From a virus (lineage: Duplodnaviria; Caudoviricetes), in IMG/VR virus record IMGVR_UViG_3300049794_000047: 64,000 nt of DNA, one strand, 5' to 3'. Shown here piece after piece: positions 9,210 through 19,065 of this stretch. Below the pieces are notes generated by a model that worked only from the letters and a program-made list of their open reading frames with translations, did no database searches and was not told the origin of the DNA. Position 1 is the stretch's first letter, and each line of letters starts with the position of its first letter. The position numbers and the translations under genes are program-made.

Positions 9210-9343
9210 GCATCTCGCGTGCCGGGGCTGGTCCTGCGGGGCAAGCTGTTGAAAGTCGTGATCCGGGCAGGTACTTACCGGGACTGCGTTTCACAGGTCC
9301 CAGATCGCACCGTCGTGGCGGAGATACGGGTGGTGAATTGCCC
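9210..9343 (-). promoter_or_regulatory. Sigma54 promoter module
   Basis: Minus strand: GGGC-N8-ACCCGTATCTC, second site 63 nt away, GGCACGCGAGATGC. Confidence 0.75.
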
Positions 9344-9400
9344 AGGCAACGAAAAACAGGGACGTCTCGGCGATAGACGAACCCTCTGCCTCGGGGACGC

Positions 9401-9429
9401 TTGACGAATCGTTTAACGATCGCTAGGTT
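9401..9429 (+). promoter_or_regulatory. Leaderless sigma70 promoter/operator copy 2
   Basis: TTGACG-AATCGTTTAACGATCGC-TAGGTT. Confidence 0.8.
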
Positions 9430-9436
9430 GAGGGAC

Positions 9437-9547
9437 ATGGCGATCCACTATCCCGACCTGCAGTCTAATCCGCCCGACCTCATCGTCCGGTCCGGCCGCG
9501 AGAGCCTACCGCTGGAGGTGTTTTTGCGGGGCCGGGAGCGGGGATAG
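9437..9547 (+). pseudogene. Truncated duplicate of the 5' end of gene 3012
   Basis: About 80 nt nearly identical to 3012-3092, then diverges to a TAG. Confidence 0.7.
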
Positions 9548-9567
9548 CGAAGCGCTTAACAAAGCCC

Positions 9568-9596
9568 TTGACGTTTCGTTAAACGATTGCTAGGTT
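9568..9596 (+). promoter_or_regulatory. Leaderless sigma70 promoter/operator copy 3
   Basis: TTGACG-TTTCGTTAAACGATTGC-TAGGTT, ATG at 9604. Confidence 0.8.
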
Positions 9597-9603
9597 GATG
9601 GGT

Positions 9604-11445
9604 ATGACGATGACTCGGATCGAAGCGGAAGAACGCGCCGCTCTGCTCTGGTCGAGCGGTGACGCGATCGGTCAAGTCCGATGGCGACGCTACCGGACTC
9701 CGCGCTTCTGGGTCGGGGTGTGCTTCTCCGATGGACGCAAACCGCAGACCAAGGGATCCAGCAACGTCGATTGGGAATCGGCGTTCGCGATCGCCACCGG
9801 AGCGCTGCAATGAGCTTCGTGTCTCACCTTGACGACGAGACGTGTCAGCACGTCGCTGACGGGACCGGACGCTGCGATCGGCCGGCGCTGTGGCAGGTGT
9901 TCGTGAGCAATGGCTCCCGCTCGTACTTCGCCTGCGACATTCATCTGACGAAGATTTCGCAAGCCATGCACGACGACAACGCGCGGCGTGTGACCGGCGG
10001 ATGCATGAACCTCAAGCGACTGAAGGACAGATATTCATGACCGACTGGATCAGAAACCCGCAACTCGGGTACGCGAGACGCATCGTGACCATGCTGGACG
10101 ACAAGGCGTGGGAGGTCGACTACCTGGTCAGCAAAGACGAGTTGCTGACCAAGCACTCCGTCCCGCGGGTCTCGCGCTCCACCCGCGCATGGGCGAATGC
10201 GCATCGTTGGCGCCTCACTGCCCGGGTGACGCGCGATGCTCTCGGCAGCGGTCACCCAGACAAGTATACGTACCTGATGCGCACCGACGACAGCGAGGGG
10301 TACTCCACCATGGCCGCAGCGCAGGCTGCAGCGGAGTGGACCGCCGTACACGGGTTCCACCACGTCCCAGCGAGGGGGTGGACGCCGAACGGAGAGGGTA
10401 TGTACGCCGCGCAGCGCGAGAGCCTCGGGCTTCCGGTCAAGGACCGCGTGAGGGACCTGCCATGAAAATCGACATCTGGGTTGCGAAGGTTCGGCTCGTT
10501 CGCGATGCCGCTGGGCCGCTCGCCCACAAGCCGAGCTGCAGCTACGCCGTGCTGGCCACGAGCGGTGTCCGAGCCGCGACGGTCATCTGCGATCACCTGA
10601 CATCGATCTGGACGACCGCCGGCGTCGTGTTCGAGGTCACCGAGCTGCGGTGCCGAGGCGACATCCTGCAGATCGACTCGTACGATAACGTCAAGAAGCC
10701 GCACGAGGCGTCGGCGATCGCGACGCTCAACCTCGATCGGCCGGTGGTGTCATGAGCAAACCCGCGGTCAATCTCTCATGGCTCGCCTCGCGTTCCGGTC
10801 CGGTTACCGACCAGCAGCTCAAGCAAATCCAGGAATGGCTCGATGCCGACTGGGAATCGCACGACGTCGAACGTGACGCGGTCCGGCTGATCGGTCGGCT
10901 GGTCGCTACTCTTGACGAGGAGCGCAAGCCGGAGCGCGAGCGCGATGCACGTTACGATGATGCGGCTGCTCGGAGGCCCAAGCCGTGAAACACAGACCTC
11001 TCACGCGCCGTCAGCACCAGATGCTCGGGGACGCGTACGACCACATGATATCCAACGGCGGGAAGACCGACTGGTCTGCCTTGATGGCACCGTGTCCTTG
11101 CATCGGTGATCTCCGCGTCCTCGGCGGCCTGGCGTTGCGTGGGCTGATGACCGACGGCGATCACGGTAACGAACCGCCCGCGATCACGGTGTGGTTGCGC
11201 TGGATCCGGATAACGCCGGCCGGCGTGGTCGAGTGGGAGCGGATCTTCGCCAAGCGCCAGTCGGAAGTAACTACGCCATGACGCCAATCGTCGCTTACCT
11301 CGTCATGGTCGTCTGGGGCATCGTGCTCCTGATCGCGGTCCAGCACACTAACGACACATGGAGTGACCTCTGGCGCGTGCTTCGTCAGCCGTTGCCCTGG
11401 CATGGTGTTCCGCGCATGATCGCCCGATGGAGATCTGCTCGATGA
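9604..11445 (+). other. Seven translationally coupled small hypothetical genes (9604-9813, 9810-10040, 10037-10465, 10462-10755, 10752-10988, 10985-11281, 11278-11445)
   Basis: Each stop overlaps the next start (ATGA/GTGA). Confidence 0.7.
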
Positions 11446-11624
11446 GCCGCGCATCCCGGACCGGTGAACCCGGCAAGCTGGTCGGAGTCCGCGCTGCGCC
11501 AGCTGAGCGCGATCAGTGGGAGCGTGCCGCGAAGCAGGGCGGGCACGCAACGCTCAGCGCCGCGGTCATCAAGGTCATGAACGCGTGGGCCCGGCGGGTC
11601 CTGCAAGCAGGCAAGGGTCGATGA
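11442..11624 (+). CDS. Small RHH-like DNA-binding protein (copy 2)
   Basis: Near-identical to 3404-3586. Confidence 0.7.
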   Translation: MSRASRTGEPGKLVGVRAAPAERDQWERAAKQGGHATLSAAVIKVMNAWARRVLQAGKGR

Positions 11625-11962
11625 GCTGGCGCGACGCTGCCGTGACAAGGGCCGCGGAGGCGAACACCGATTTGTTGTTCGCCGAGCTCCACGGTGACTT
11701 GCGCGACGCCGGCTACAAAGACGAGGTGGCGGCCGAGATCGTCGCGCTCGTCAGGGCCGCGCCATTGCTTCTGGAAATCACCGCAGCCGCGCTGGCCGTA
11801 GTCAACGCCGACGCGAGGCATGGCGTCAACATCCGAGGGATGCATACGGCGAAGAACTCCGCGGAGTACATGGACGCCAGCCGCTCATCGGTCGACACCA
11901 AGAAGGCGGCAGACGAATGCTACGCAGCGCTGCATGACGCCATCCTGAAGGTCCGCCAGTGA
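11621..11962 (+). CDS. Hypothetical protein (MSWRDAAV...)
   Basis: ATGA overlap; a truncated copy follows RHH copy 1. Confidence 0.6.
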   Translation: MSWRDAAVTRAAEANTDLLFAELHGDLRDAGYKDEVAAEIVALVRAAPLLLEITAAALAVVNADARHGVNIRGMHTAKNSAEYMDASRSSVDTKKAADECYAALHDAILKVRQ

Positions 11963-12392
11963 TCGCCGCTCCGCCACCCGCCGACCACGACCCCGGCCCC
12001 GGCGACGAGGACCGCTCCGGTGGGACTGTGCCCGCTAAGGGGCTGGACTTTATTAACTTGGTCATTTGAACGATTTCCCGACGAAGATCCACCAGAAATG
12101 ACCAGGTTATTTCGTTCCAGCCCCTAAGCGTTTCTTCATGGTCGACGACGATGGCCACATCCAATACAGCTTGGTCGCCCGCGATGTCGAGCACGTCAAG
12201 GAGTTGTTCCGCGCCGCGGGAACGCTGTTCGGCCCGTACGAGGTCGGTGTTGACGCCGCGACTACGCTCGAGTGGTCGGAGCTGACTCACCAAGAAGCGG
12301 CGCTCAAGACGCGCTGTCATACCGAGGATGACCGCGGAGTTATCGCGCCAGCCGATGCGAATATCGGGGACTGGTTTTGTAGCGAATGGTGA
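11959..12392 (+). pseudogene. Hypothetical gene interrupted by MITE copy 4
   Basis: The empty site reads in frame: ..GTVPAK-RFFMVDDDG. Confidence 0.7.
12039..12124 (-). mobile_element. 86-bp MITE copy 4 (type A, 1 substitution)
   Basis: TIRs plus TAA duplication. Confidence 0.92.
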
Positions 12393-12715
12393 CCCTTGAC
12401 GAATGGCGAGCTAGGGCTGCCGAGTTGTTCGGCCCTGACAAGATGGGGTGGCGGTTCGTATGCCCGGCGTGTTGCCACGTGGCCGCTATCCGGGACTGGA
12501 AGGATGCCGGAGCTCCGGCGACCGCCGTCGCGTTCTCGTGCGTTGGCCGCTGGTCGGGCGCCAACCGAGAGGCGTTCGGTAAAGGCAGGGGGCCGTGCAA
12601 CTACGCCGGTGGTGGCCTATTCGGACTGAATCCGGTTGCCGTCGTGGATCCTGACGGACATGTGATCCGGGCCTTCGCATTCGCGGCGCCTGCCGTCGGT
12701 GCGCCCTCGGGATGA
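12386..12715 (+). CDS. VVA0879-like phage protein
   Basis: W..RAAELFG.D...WRFVCPAC.H..SCVGRW..GPCNYAGGGLFGLNPV. Confidence 0.65.
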   Translation: MVTLDEWRARAAELFGPDKMGWRFVCPACCHVAAIRDWKDAGAPATAVAFSCVGRWSGANREAFGKGRGPCNYAGGGLFGLNPVAVVDPDGHVIRAFAFAAPAVGAPSG

Positions 12716-13082
12716 CCACGATGAGAATCCTGCTCCGCTACTGGTGGCGCCTCCGCGCGAGGGGGCACGCGAACCTCTATCACCCGGCCGATGTCACGCC
12801 GACCGTCGACGGGTTCTTGGTTGAGTGCTCGTGCGGTGGGCATGGTCAGGTCCAGAGCAACGGCGACCGGACTTCCACGGTGACCGATACGACCTGTCCG
12901 CTGTGGGCTTGGCGATGGCGATGCCTCCTGGTTTCGATGCCGGCCGCGCGGACGATCGCGAGGCTAAGGGGCTGGAACGAAATAACCTGGTCATTTCTGG
13001 TGGATCTTCGTCGGGGAATCGTTCAAATGACCAAGTTAATAAAGTCCAGCCCCTAACCAGATCGAAAGGACCGACGAGATGA
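12712..13082 (+). pseudogene. Hypothetical gene with its C-terminus replaced by MITE copy 5
   Basis: The empty site gives ..TIARLTRSKGPTR* and restores the ATGA overlap at 13079. Confidence 0.65.
12968..13053 (+). mobile_element. 86-bp MITE copy 5 (type A)
   Basis: TIRs plus TAA duplication. Confidence 0.92.
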
Positions 13083-13477
13083 GCCTGATGGATGCCAAGC
13101 GATTGCTGCAATGGAACGTCGTTACCGAAGCGCTCGCCGATGCGGAGGTCGACCCCGAGACGATCGCGATCGTCGAAAGCGCTCGCATTGTCAGCGAGAT
13201 AGTCCACAGCATGGCGGGTATGCTCATGGGCGGTGCTGACACCAAGCAGGCGAAGAACTACGTCAAGATCGAGATGATCGGGTTGATCCCGCCGTTCGAG
13301 CGTGCGTACATCGAGCTGGTCAGGCCGGGCGGGAAAACCAGTCACGAGTTGCGCGAGCTGCTTCGTGACAGGCTGGCGCACGTCAGGAAGCTCCTCTCCG
13401 AGGGCTGTCCGAAGGACGCGCTCCGCGAGGGCATCATCCAGGGGATCGACGAGGATCTTGCGAGCGAGTCGCCATGA
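13079..13477 (+). CDS. Hypothetical protein
   Basis: Coupled at both ends. Confidence 0.65.
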   Translation: MSLMDAKRLLQWNVVTEALADAEVDPETIAIVESARIVSEIVHSMAGMLMGGADTKQAKNYVKIEMIGLIPPFERAYIELVRPGGKTSHELRELLRDRLAHVRKLLSEGCPKDALREGIIQGIDEDLASESP

Positions 13478-13806
13478 GCGGCACCGACCAGCGCGGCATC
13501 CATGCCAAGTTTCACGTCGAGCGAACCGATGGATCGTCCAAGCCGGGCGGCGCGCACGAGGGCTGCTCGTACTTCGTGCTCAACCTGGAACATGACCCGT
13601 TCGCGCGCGCGGCGTTGAAGGTGTACGCGACCGCATGCGCCGAAGTGCAGCCCAGGCTCTCACGCGACCTGACCAGGATCGCGATGGCCGAACGGAGCAA
13701 GCCTGCGGAATGCGGTTGCCGCGAAGCGATGTGCCCGCACACGGGCGTCGCGCTTGGTCCGTCGGAGACCGCCGACCTTCTGATGAAGATGACGAGGAAA
13801 ACATGA
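13474..13806 (+). CDS. Conserved phage hypothetical protein
   Basis: KFHVERTDG..H.GC.YFVL.L.HDPFARAAL..YA pattern. Confidence 0.65.
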   Translation: MSGTDQRGIHAKFHVERTDGSSKPGGAHEGCSYFVLNLEHDPFARAALKVYATACAEVQPRLSRDLTRIAMAERSKPAECGCREAMCPHTGVALGPSETADLLMKMTRKT

Positions 13807-13933
13807 CCGAGCTGGACTACATCATCGACGTTCACCGCCGCGAGGACCGCCGAGCGCAGGCCGTGTTTGACCTGACGGTCGCTGCGCTGATCGCAATTGC
13901 GTACGGCGTGTACCGCCTGATCGGATGGCTCGC

Positions 13934-14629
13934 ATGACCGCCACCACCGAAGCCTGCGCCTTGATCGCGGAGGCCCGCAAGCACGACGAGGCGATGACGA
14001 GGGCTCCATGGACCCCGCTACGGAGTCCCAACGGGAACGGCACACTCGTGAACGACGTTCGGCACCGAACAGTGGCCGATTGCGATCAGCCGTACGACGA
14101 CGAATCGCCGGGGAACCCTTCCTTGATCGCCAACGCAGAGGGAGTTGCCTGGCTTCGCACCAATCTTCGCGCGCTGCTCGACGGCTACGCCACGGCGCTG
14201 GAGGAGAACGAGCGGCTGGCTCGCTGGAAAGTCGAGCTGCAGGCTGAAGTCGAGACCGAGGCGCATAACAGGTCACGCGAGATTGCTGCCGCCGACGTCC
14301 TCCGCGCCGACGTCCAGCGCCTGGCCGAGACCGCGCGAGCGGCCTCCGAGAACTGGATGGCGGCGTGCCGGCAGAGGGACGAGGCGAGGACGGATAACGA
14401 GCGATACCGAGTACGTGACGTGATTGCGTCCCTGTCCGGGCTCTTGCTCGAACTCCGCGAAACTACCGTATGGGACGATCCAGACGGCGACGTGCTCGAT
14501 AGGCTGCTCGGCCTTGGTGGAGATCCTCCTGATACCGCGTGGTGTCTCGAGCGTTTGCGCTCCATGGTCGATCTCACCGATCCTGACTGCCCGATCGGGG
14601 TCGCGCTGACCAAGGCAGGCCTGACATGA
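13934..14629 (+). CDS. Ead/Ea22-like phage protein with coiled coil
   Basis: AMTRAPW...NAEGVAWLRTNLRALLD pattern. Confidence 0.45.
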   Translation: MTATTEACALIAEARKHDEAMTRAPWTPLRSPNGNGTLVNDVRHRTVADCDQPYDDESPGNPSLIANAEGVAWLRTNLRALLDGYATALEENERLARWKVELQAEVETEAHNRSREIAAADVLRADVQRLAETARAASENWMAACRQRDEARTDNERYRVRDVIASLSGLLLELRETTVWDDPDGDVLDRLLGLGGDPPDTAWCLERLRSMVDLTDPDCPIGVALTKAGLT

Positions 14630-15372
14630 CCACCAAGCCCATCGACGCGGCGCGCTTGAGCGAAATCGTGGCGCTGTGCGCGAGGATGCGGTGTTGGCAC
14701 GACGAGGATCTGGCCAGCGCGCAAGCCTGCGTGTCGTGTGAGTCTAGTGTGCATACACCGTCGGACCTCGAACCGACGCCGCTCTGCGACTTATGCGCGC
14801 AACGGCTGGTCAACGACGTTCCCGATCTCCTCGCCGAGATCGCGCGCCTCCAGTTTGACCTCGGCCACGCGACGTCCCACGAAGGTGACCATCTGAGCAA
14901 GGCCTCGCGCCGCATGGTCGATACCGTGATGGGCGATCGCGATGCGCTCCGGGCCGCGGTCGCCCGCCTCCGCACCGAGGTCGAACAGTTGAGCAAGCGT
15001 CCGCTACGGACCTTCGATCACATCGGCGGAGACCGGCTCGCCGATGAGGTGGCAGTGCTGATCAGGCGCAAGGCGATCGATGCGCGCTCGCCGGCCGGGG
15101 ATGCATTGCTCGACTACCGAGAGCCGCCTTCGACCGAGCGCGCCGATCGGATGGCCGTGCTCGAAGCAGAGAACGAGCGCCTCGCCGCCGACGTCCTTCG
15201 CCTGACCGAGACCGCGCGCTCCGCGGCCGAGAACTGGATGGCGGCGTGCCGGCAGCGTGACGAGGCGAGAGCGGAGAGCGAGCAGCTGCGGCAACGGGTG
15301 CGTGATCAGGATGAGGAGCTCCAAGCCCATGCACAGCGCGGCTGGCGCGAACTGCTGGAGGAGAAGCCATGA
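14626..15372 (+). CDS. Hypothetical CxxC/coiled-coil protein
   Basis: N-terminus paralogous to 15369-15704; C-terminal segment duplicated from about 14290-14390. Confidence 0.6.
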   Translation: MTTKPIDAARLSEIVALCARMRCWHDEDLASAQACVSCESSVHTPSDLEPTPLCDLCAQRLVNDVPDLLAEIARLQFDLGHATSHEGDHLSKASRRMVDTVMGDRDALRAAVARLRTEVEQLSKRPLRTFDHIGGDRLADEVAVLIRRKAIDARSPAGDALLDYREPPSTERADRMAVLEAENERLAADVLRLTETARSAAENWMAACRQRDEARAESEQLRQRVRDQDEELQAHAQRGWRELLEEKP

Positions 15373-15704
15373 CCGCCAAGCCAATCCCCGTCGTCCGCTT
15401 GAGCGAGATCGCGACGCTGTGCGAACTGATGCAGCACTGGTACAACGACGAGCTGGCCAGCGAGCAAGCCTGCGTGTCGTGCGAGTCGAGCATGCACACG
15501 CCGTCGGATCTCGAACCGACGGCGCTTTACGACCTGTGCGCGCAGCGGCTGGTCGGCGACGTTCCGGAGCTTCTCGCCGAGCGCGCCCGTCTCCACGTCG
15601 ACCTCGGCGAGACCCGGCTCGTGCTCGAGCAGCAGGACCGCGATCTGACGAAGGCCCGCGCGCGTATCGCCGCGCTGGAGGCCGGGCTGCGCGAGATCCT
15701 GTAG
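15369..15704 (+). CDS. Paralog of the N-terminus of 14626
   Basis: RLSEI..LC..M..W..E.LAS.QACVSCESS.HTPSDLEPT is shared. Confidence 0.6.
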   Translation: MTAKPIPVVRLSEIATLCELMQHWYNDELASEQACVSCESSMHTPSDLEPTALYDLCAQRLVGDVPELLAERARLHVDLGETRLVLEQQDRDLTKARARIAALEAGLREIL

Positions 15705-15721
15705 AAAGTAAGCGCGCAGTT

Positions 15722-16717
15722 TCACTTCGCTTGTAGATCTTCGTAGCGAAGTGCGATCGGGAGCTTCTCAACCGCGGCCCGTTTGCCCTTTTCGCCGCGG
15801 CGATCGTAGATGGCTGTTGTCTTGACGTCTGCGTGGCCCATGAGCCTTTGCACCATGAGGATGTCGGCGCCGTTCTCGAGCAAATCCGTTGCGAACGTGC
15901 GGCGCAGGTCATGCGGAGTCAGGGAAGGGACGCCGGCCAGTGTGACGAGCTCGCCGAGCACGTAGTCAACTCCCGCGCGACCGAGGCGCCTCGTCGACGG
16001 TCCTCTGTCACGATTCCAGCTCACGAAGAGCGGTGCGCACCCCCGGCCTTGTTGGAACTCGAACCACGGCAAGAGCCAGGGTCGATATCCCTCAGCAAGG
16101 TAGGTTGTGCGGAACTTGCCCCGCTTGCCGCGTTGTACCTGGATCGCTCCCGTGGTTGGTTCATACTGGGCGGTGTCAAGAGCAGAGACTTCCTGTCGAC
16201 GAAGCCCGCCTGCAAACATGGTGATGAAGAGCGCCTGGTCTCGCCAGCCCCAGGGAGGATCCTGACTGGCCGCCGTACGCAGGAGCGTGCAGACTTCCTC
16301 GATCGAGACCGCCCGCCCCGCAGGCGGCAGATCTGCCGTCTTCATACTCTTGAAGTCGAGTGCACGATGGTAGTCCTCTGTCACGATTTGCCCGAGCTGC
16401 CAGGCAGCCTTGAGCACACCGCGTAGCGCGGACAGCATACGGTTGACGGTACGCTCGCTGTAGCTCGAGACAAGTGAGGCCCGTAGGGCCAACGTGTGCT
16501 GAATGCGGAGCTGATGCCAGGGTAGTGACCACAGGGTGGCTCGACGATCGATCCGTTCCGCGATCTTGGCAAGCCCGGATCTCATCGCTGGACGCGAGTC
16601 TTCGCCGAGCTGAGCAAGGTACACAGCCACTGGATGCTCGGCCAGGTTAATCCCAATCGGGACAATTAGGCCTGTAGTATCGCGCGGCTGGTGGATGAGG
16701 GCGTCGTGTTTGGTCAT
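15722..16717 (-). CDS. Tyrosine recombinase/integrase (XerC/D-like)
   Basis: GLRRQE, GK, HDLRR, MGH and TAIY catalytic motifs; ATG at 16717 overlaps the upstream TGA. Confidence 0.93.
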   Translation of the reverse strand: MTKHDALIHQPRDTTGLIVPIGINLAEHPVAVYLAQLGEDSRPAMRSGLAKIAERIDRRATLWSLPWHQLRIQHTLALRASLVSSYSERTVNRMLSALRGVLKAAWQLGQIVTEDYHRALDFKSMKTADLPPAGRAVSIEEVCTLLRTAASQDPPWGWRDQALFITMFAGGLRRQEVSALDTAQYEPTTGAIQVQRGKRGKFRTTYLAEGYRPWLLPWFEFQQGRGCAPLFVSWNRDRGPSTRRLGRAGVDYVLGELVTLAGVPSLTPHDLRRTFATDLLENGADILMVQRLMGHADVKTTAIYDRRGEKGKRAAVEKLPIALRYEDLQAK

Positions 16718-17391
16718 GTGTCGACCCCACGCGCCCGAAGTTTTGCAAGCAGTTTGTCTGCTACCGTTACTGGAATGGAGCCCCCGCGCTCCTGTCGAAT
16801 CGCGAATGCGATATCTTCTAGTCGCTCGGTCTGCGGCCGTCGCGCTGCGAGAACGTCCTGTGCGTAGCACTCCCTGGGGGCCAACGGCTCGTTGGAGGCG
16901 CCCTGCCCCCGAAGCGTCCGCATCCTGCGCACGCCTTCCATCACGTAAGCGCCAACCTCTTGCTCCCCAAATCCGTAGTCCCGCATCGCGTTCTCCCACA
17001 CTGAGAGATCGTTGAGAGTTCCGAAGTGACGGAAGGCGTCGAGCCCGTGCCGCGGATCGAACACGTATGCGGGGCGAGGCACATCACTGTCTAAGTTGTG
17101 ACTTACTGAAACCCACGGCCTTGTGTGGACTCGCCATAGGCGGCATTGGCTCTTGGCTGCGGCTTCCTGGATCATCTGTAGCGTGTACCAGTCGCCAATT
17201 GTGCATCCCACTTCGACGGCGATGAGTTGGCCGTACTCGATGCGGTCCTCGCCAAAGCACGGGATCTCTCGATTCCAGGGCAGGAACGGCATGGGCCTTG
17301 GGAGCCCCGACGACTCACAGGCGGTTGCTTGCTCTGAGTCTGGATACTTCGACCCGCAGATCTCGCATTGGTACAGCTTGATCTCACGCAT
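16714..17391 (-). CDS. Hypothetical protein with N-terminal zinc knuckle (YQCEICG..ACE)
   Basis: ORF track; coupled to the integrase. Confidence 0.55.
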   Translation of the reverse strand: MREIKLYQCEICGSKYPDSEQATACESSGLPRPMPFLPWNREIPCFGEDRIEYGQLIAVEVGCTIGDWYTLQMIQEAAAKSQCRLWRVHTRPWVSVSHNLDSDVPRPAYVFDPRHGLDAFRHFGTLNDLSVWENAMRDYGFGEQEVGAYVMEGVRRMRTLRGQGASNEPLAPRECYAQDVLAARRPQTERLEDIAFAIRQERGGSIPVTVADKLLAKLRARGVDT

Positions 17392-17874
17392 CTCACTCTG
17401 CTCCGTAGCGGTCGTAGTCTCCGACGATCGGTACATCATCATCATCATCGAGGGTCCCAGTGACCCATGCGGGGCTCGCTGGTGGTGGACACGGGAACTC
17501 GTCAGGTACCACGACAAAGCCCCGATCGTTGACCACGACAGGGGCCCCTGCACGCAAGATCTTGGCCGGCGAGTAGTGAAATGCGGGGGTCATGTCCCTG
17601 CGGCAACCTCACGTGACGGATCAGTTCGATCTCGGCACGTCTCCACCGACGCCACATCTCAAGAACTCCGCGGCCGATGATTCCCCAGCCCAGCATGTCT
17701 AATGGGTAGCGCCGCCACTCGCGACACAGGTGAGACACCTCAACGAGGAAAATAGCCGAGAGAATTAGTGCTCTTGGCATGACCCACTTCCAGATGACCT
17801 GCTTCTTGTTCTTCTTCATGACGACTCCCTGCCTCCTGAGTTCTTGTCGCAAGTTACGTGCTGTAATGGGACCG

Positions 17875-18111
17875 TCACGTACTCCATGGCAGGTTGTCCA
17901 GCAGCAAGTGCACGCGCTCTACTGCGAGCTTCTGGTTGCGCTCCCGACTGGATTCGCTGCTGACAACGACCGCGGTGCCGGTCGGCACGTGGTGCGCGAT
18001 TACGCCCCTGGCCGTTCCGACTGCACCGGGAGGCCAGGTACGGATTTCGATGTCCAAACGATTCATGGGCAGGAACTCATTTTTCCAAATGCCTTTATAA
18101 GATTGTGACAT
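17875..18111 (-). CDS. Small peptide-chain-release-factor-like protein lacking GGQ
   Basis: GVIAHHVPTGTAVVVSSESSRERNQKLAV resembles the RF-1 domain motif V.ITH.PTG..V.....RSQ..N...A. Confidence 0.55.
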   Translation of the reverse strand: MSQSYKGIWKNEFLPMNRLDIEIRTWPPGAVGTARGVIAHHVPTGTAVVVSSESSRERNQKLAVERVHLLLDNLPWST

Positions 18112-18334
18112 TCCGTGCAGTCGCAGATCCGCGCGCAGACCAGGCAAGCCCTGTTATCCGCGTCCACGAACCTGTGATGCGGCACTTGGCTGCCGCGCTC
18201 TCCTCGCTTGCACGGGGCTTCTTCCAGATGGATCTTTGTCGCACGAAACGGTGTTGTTCGAGTCGTGCTTGTCTGGTTGTCACCCATTGATTGGATTTCC
18301 GGCGGATGGGCAGGCGTAGCATCCTGACATGCTC

Positions 18335-18372
18335 AGGTAACGAAATGATCGATGACATGAATTTCGTTACCT
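18335..18372. promoter_or_regulatory. Perfect inverted repeat AGGTAACGAAAT-N14-ATTTCGTTACCT
   Basis: Directly visible; adjacent to a relic of the HTH gene 3' end (CPHCDHPPENFADEETGVE). Confidence 0.6.
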
Positions 18373-18711
18373 TCACCTGCTCGACCCCCGTCTCCTCGTC
18401 TGCGAAGTTCTCAGGCGGGTGGTCGCAGTGGGGGCACACGCGGCTCGTGTGCCTCCGCTGCGGCCTGCGGCCTTGATAACAGCAACAGTTCGCGCTCACG
18501 AAGGCGCGGGCTCCGCAAGCATGTCGAGGTCTGGGTCATCACCGACCGTGAGCCAACAATCTTCGAAGCTCGCCCCAACGCTCCCACCGCCCTCTCCGTC
18601 GATGAACGCGGATCATTGCGCGCAGAACACACTTGACGAGCTAGCCCTTGCAGTGCATTTTTACTGGGATGTTGGCGAGTTTGATTTGCGGTACCTGAAA
18701 GGAACTCCGAC

Positions 18712-19011
18712 ATGGCTTCTCGAAAAGCACGACTCGATCGCGAAATTGCCGAGATTCTGACGCAATCCTTCCATGACCCTGACGAGCGTCTGGTTCGAGC
18801 TGAGGCCGATGGCGTCGTCTATCGGGGGCGACGCAGCATTCACCAAAGTGGCGGTCGTGTATGGATCGACGGCAAGCTGGTCGGTGTTGAGGTTGACAAT
18901 GACGGGAATCCGCTCGCTGCGCATGTGCCTACATCGCGCGCAGCCCCCCTGCCTTCAGCGCGCGTCGTTCGGCCCTCGTGGTGGACCAAATTTCGGCGAA
19001 AGACGACTTGA
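18712..19011 (+). CDS. Hypothetical protein sharing a domain with 45500
   Basis: DGVVYRGRRSIHQSGGRVWIDGKLVGVEVDNDG. Confidence 0.65.
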   Translation: MASRKARLDREIAEILTQSFHDPDERLVRAEADGVVYRGRRSIHQSGGRVWIDGKLVGVEVDNDGNPLAAHVPTSRAAPLPSARVVRPSWWTKFRRKTT

Positions 19012-19065
19012 GGATCGGGCGTCGAGGCTCGTCCACGAGGTACTTCAGCACTCGCACGTCGCCGA

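Noticed and set aside
15722-16999. 425-aa integrase start at 16999
   Set aside because: It overlaps the upstream gene; ATG 16717 gives the usual coupling and length.
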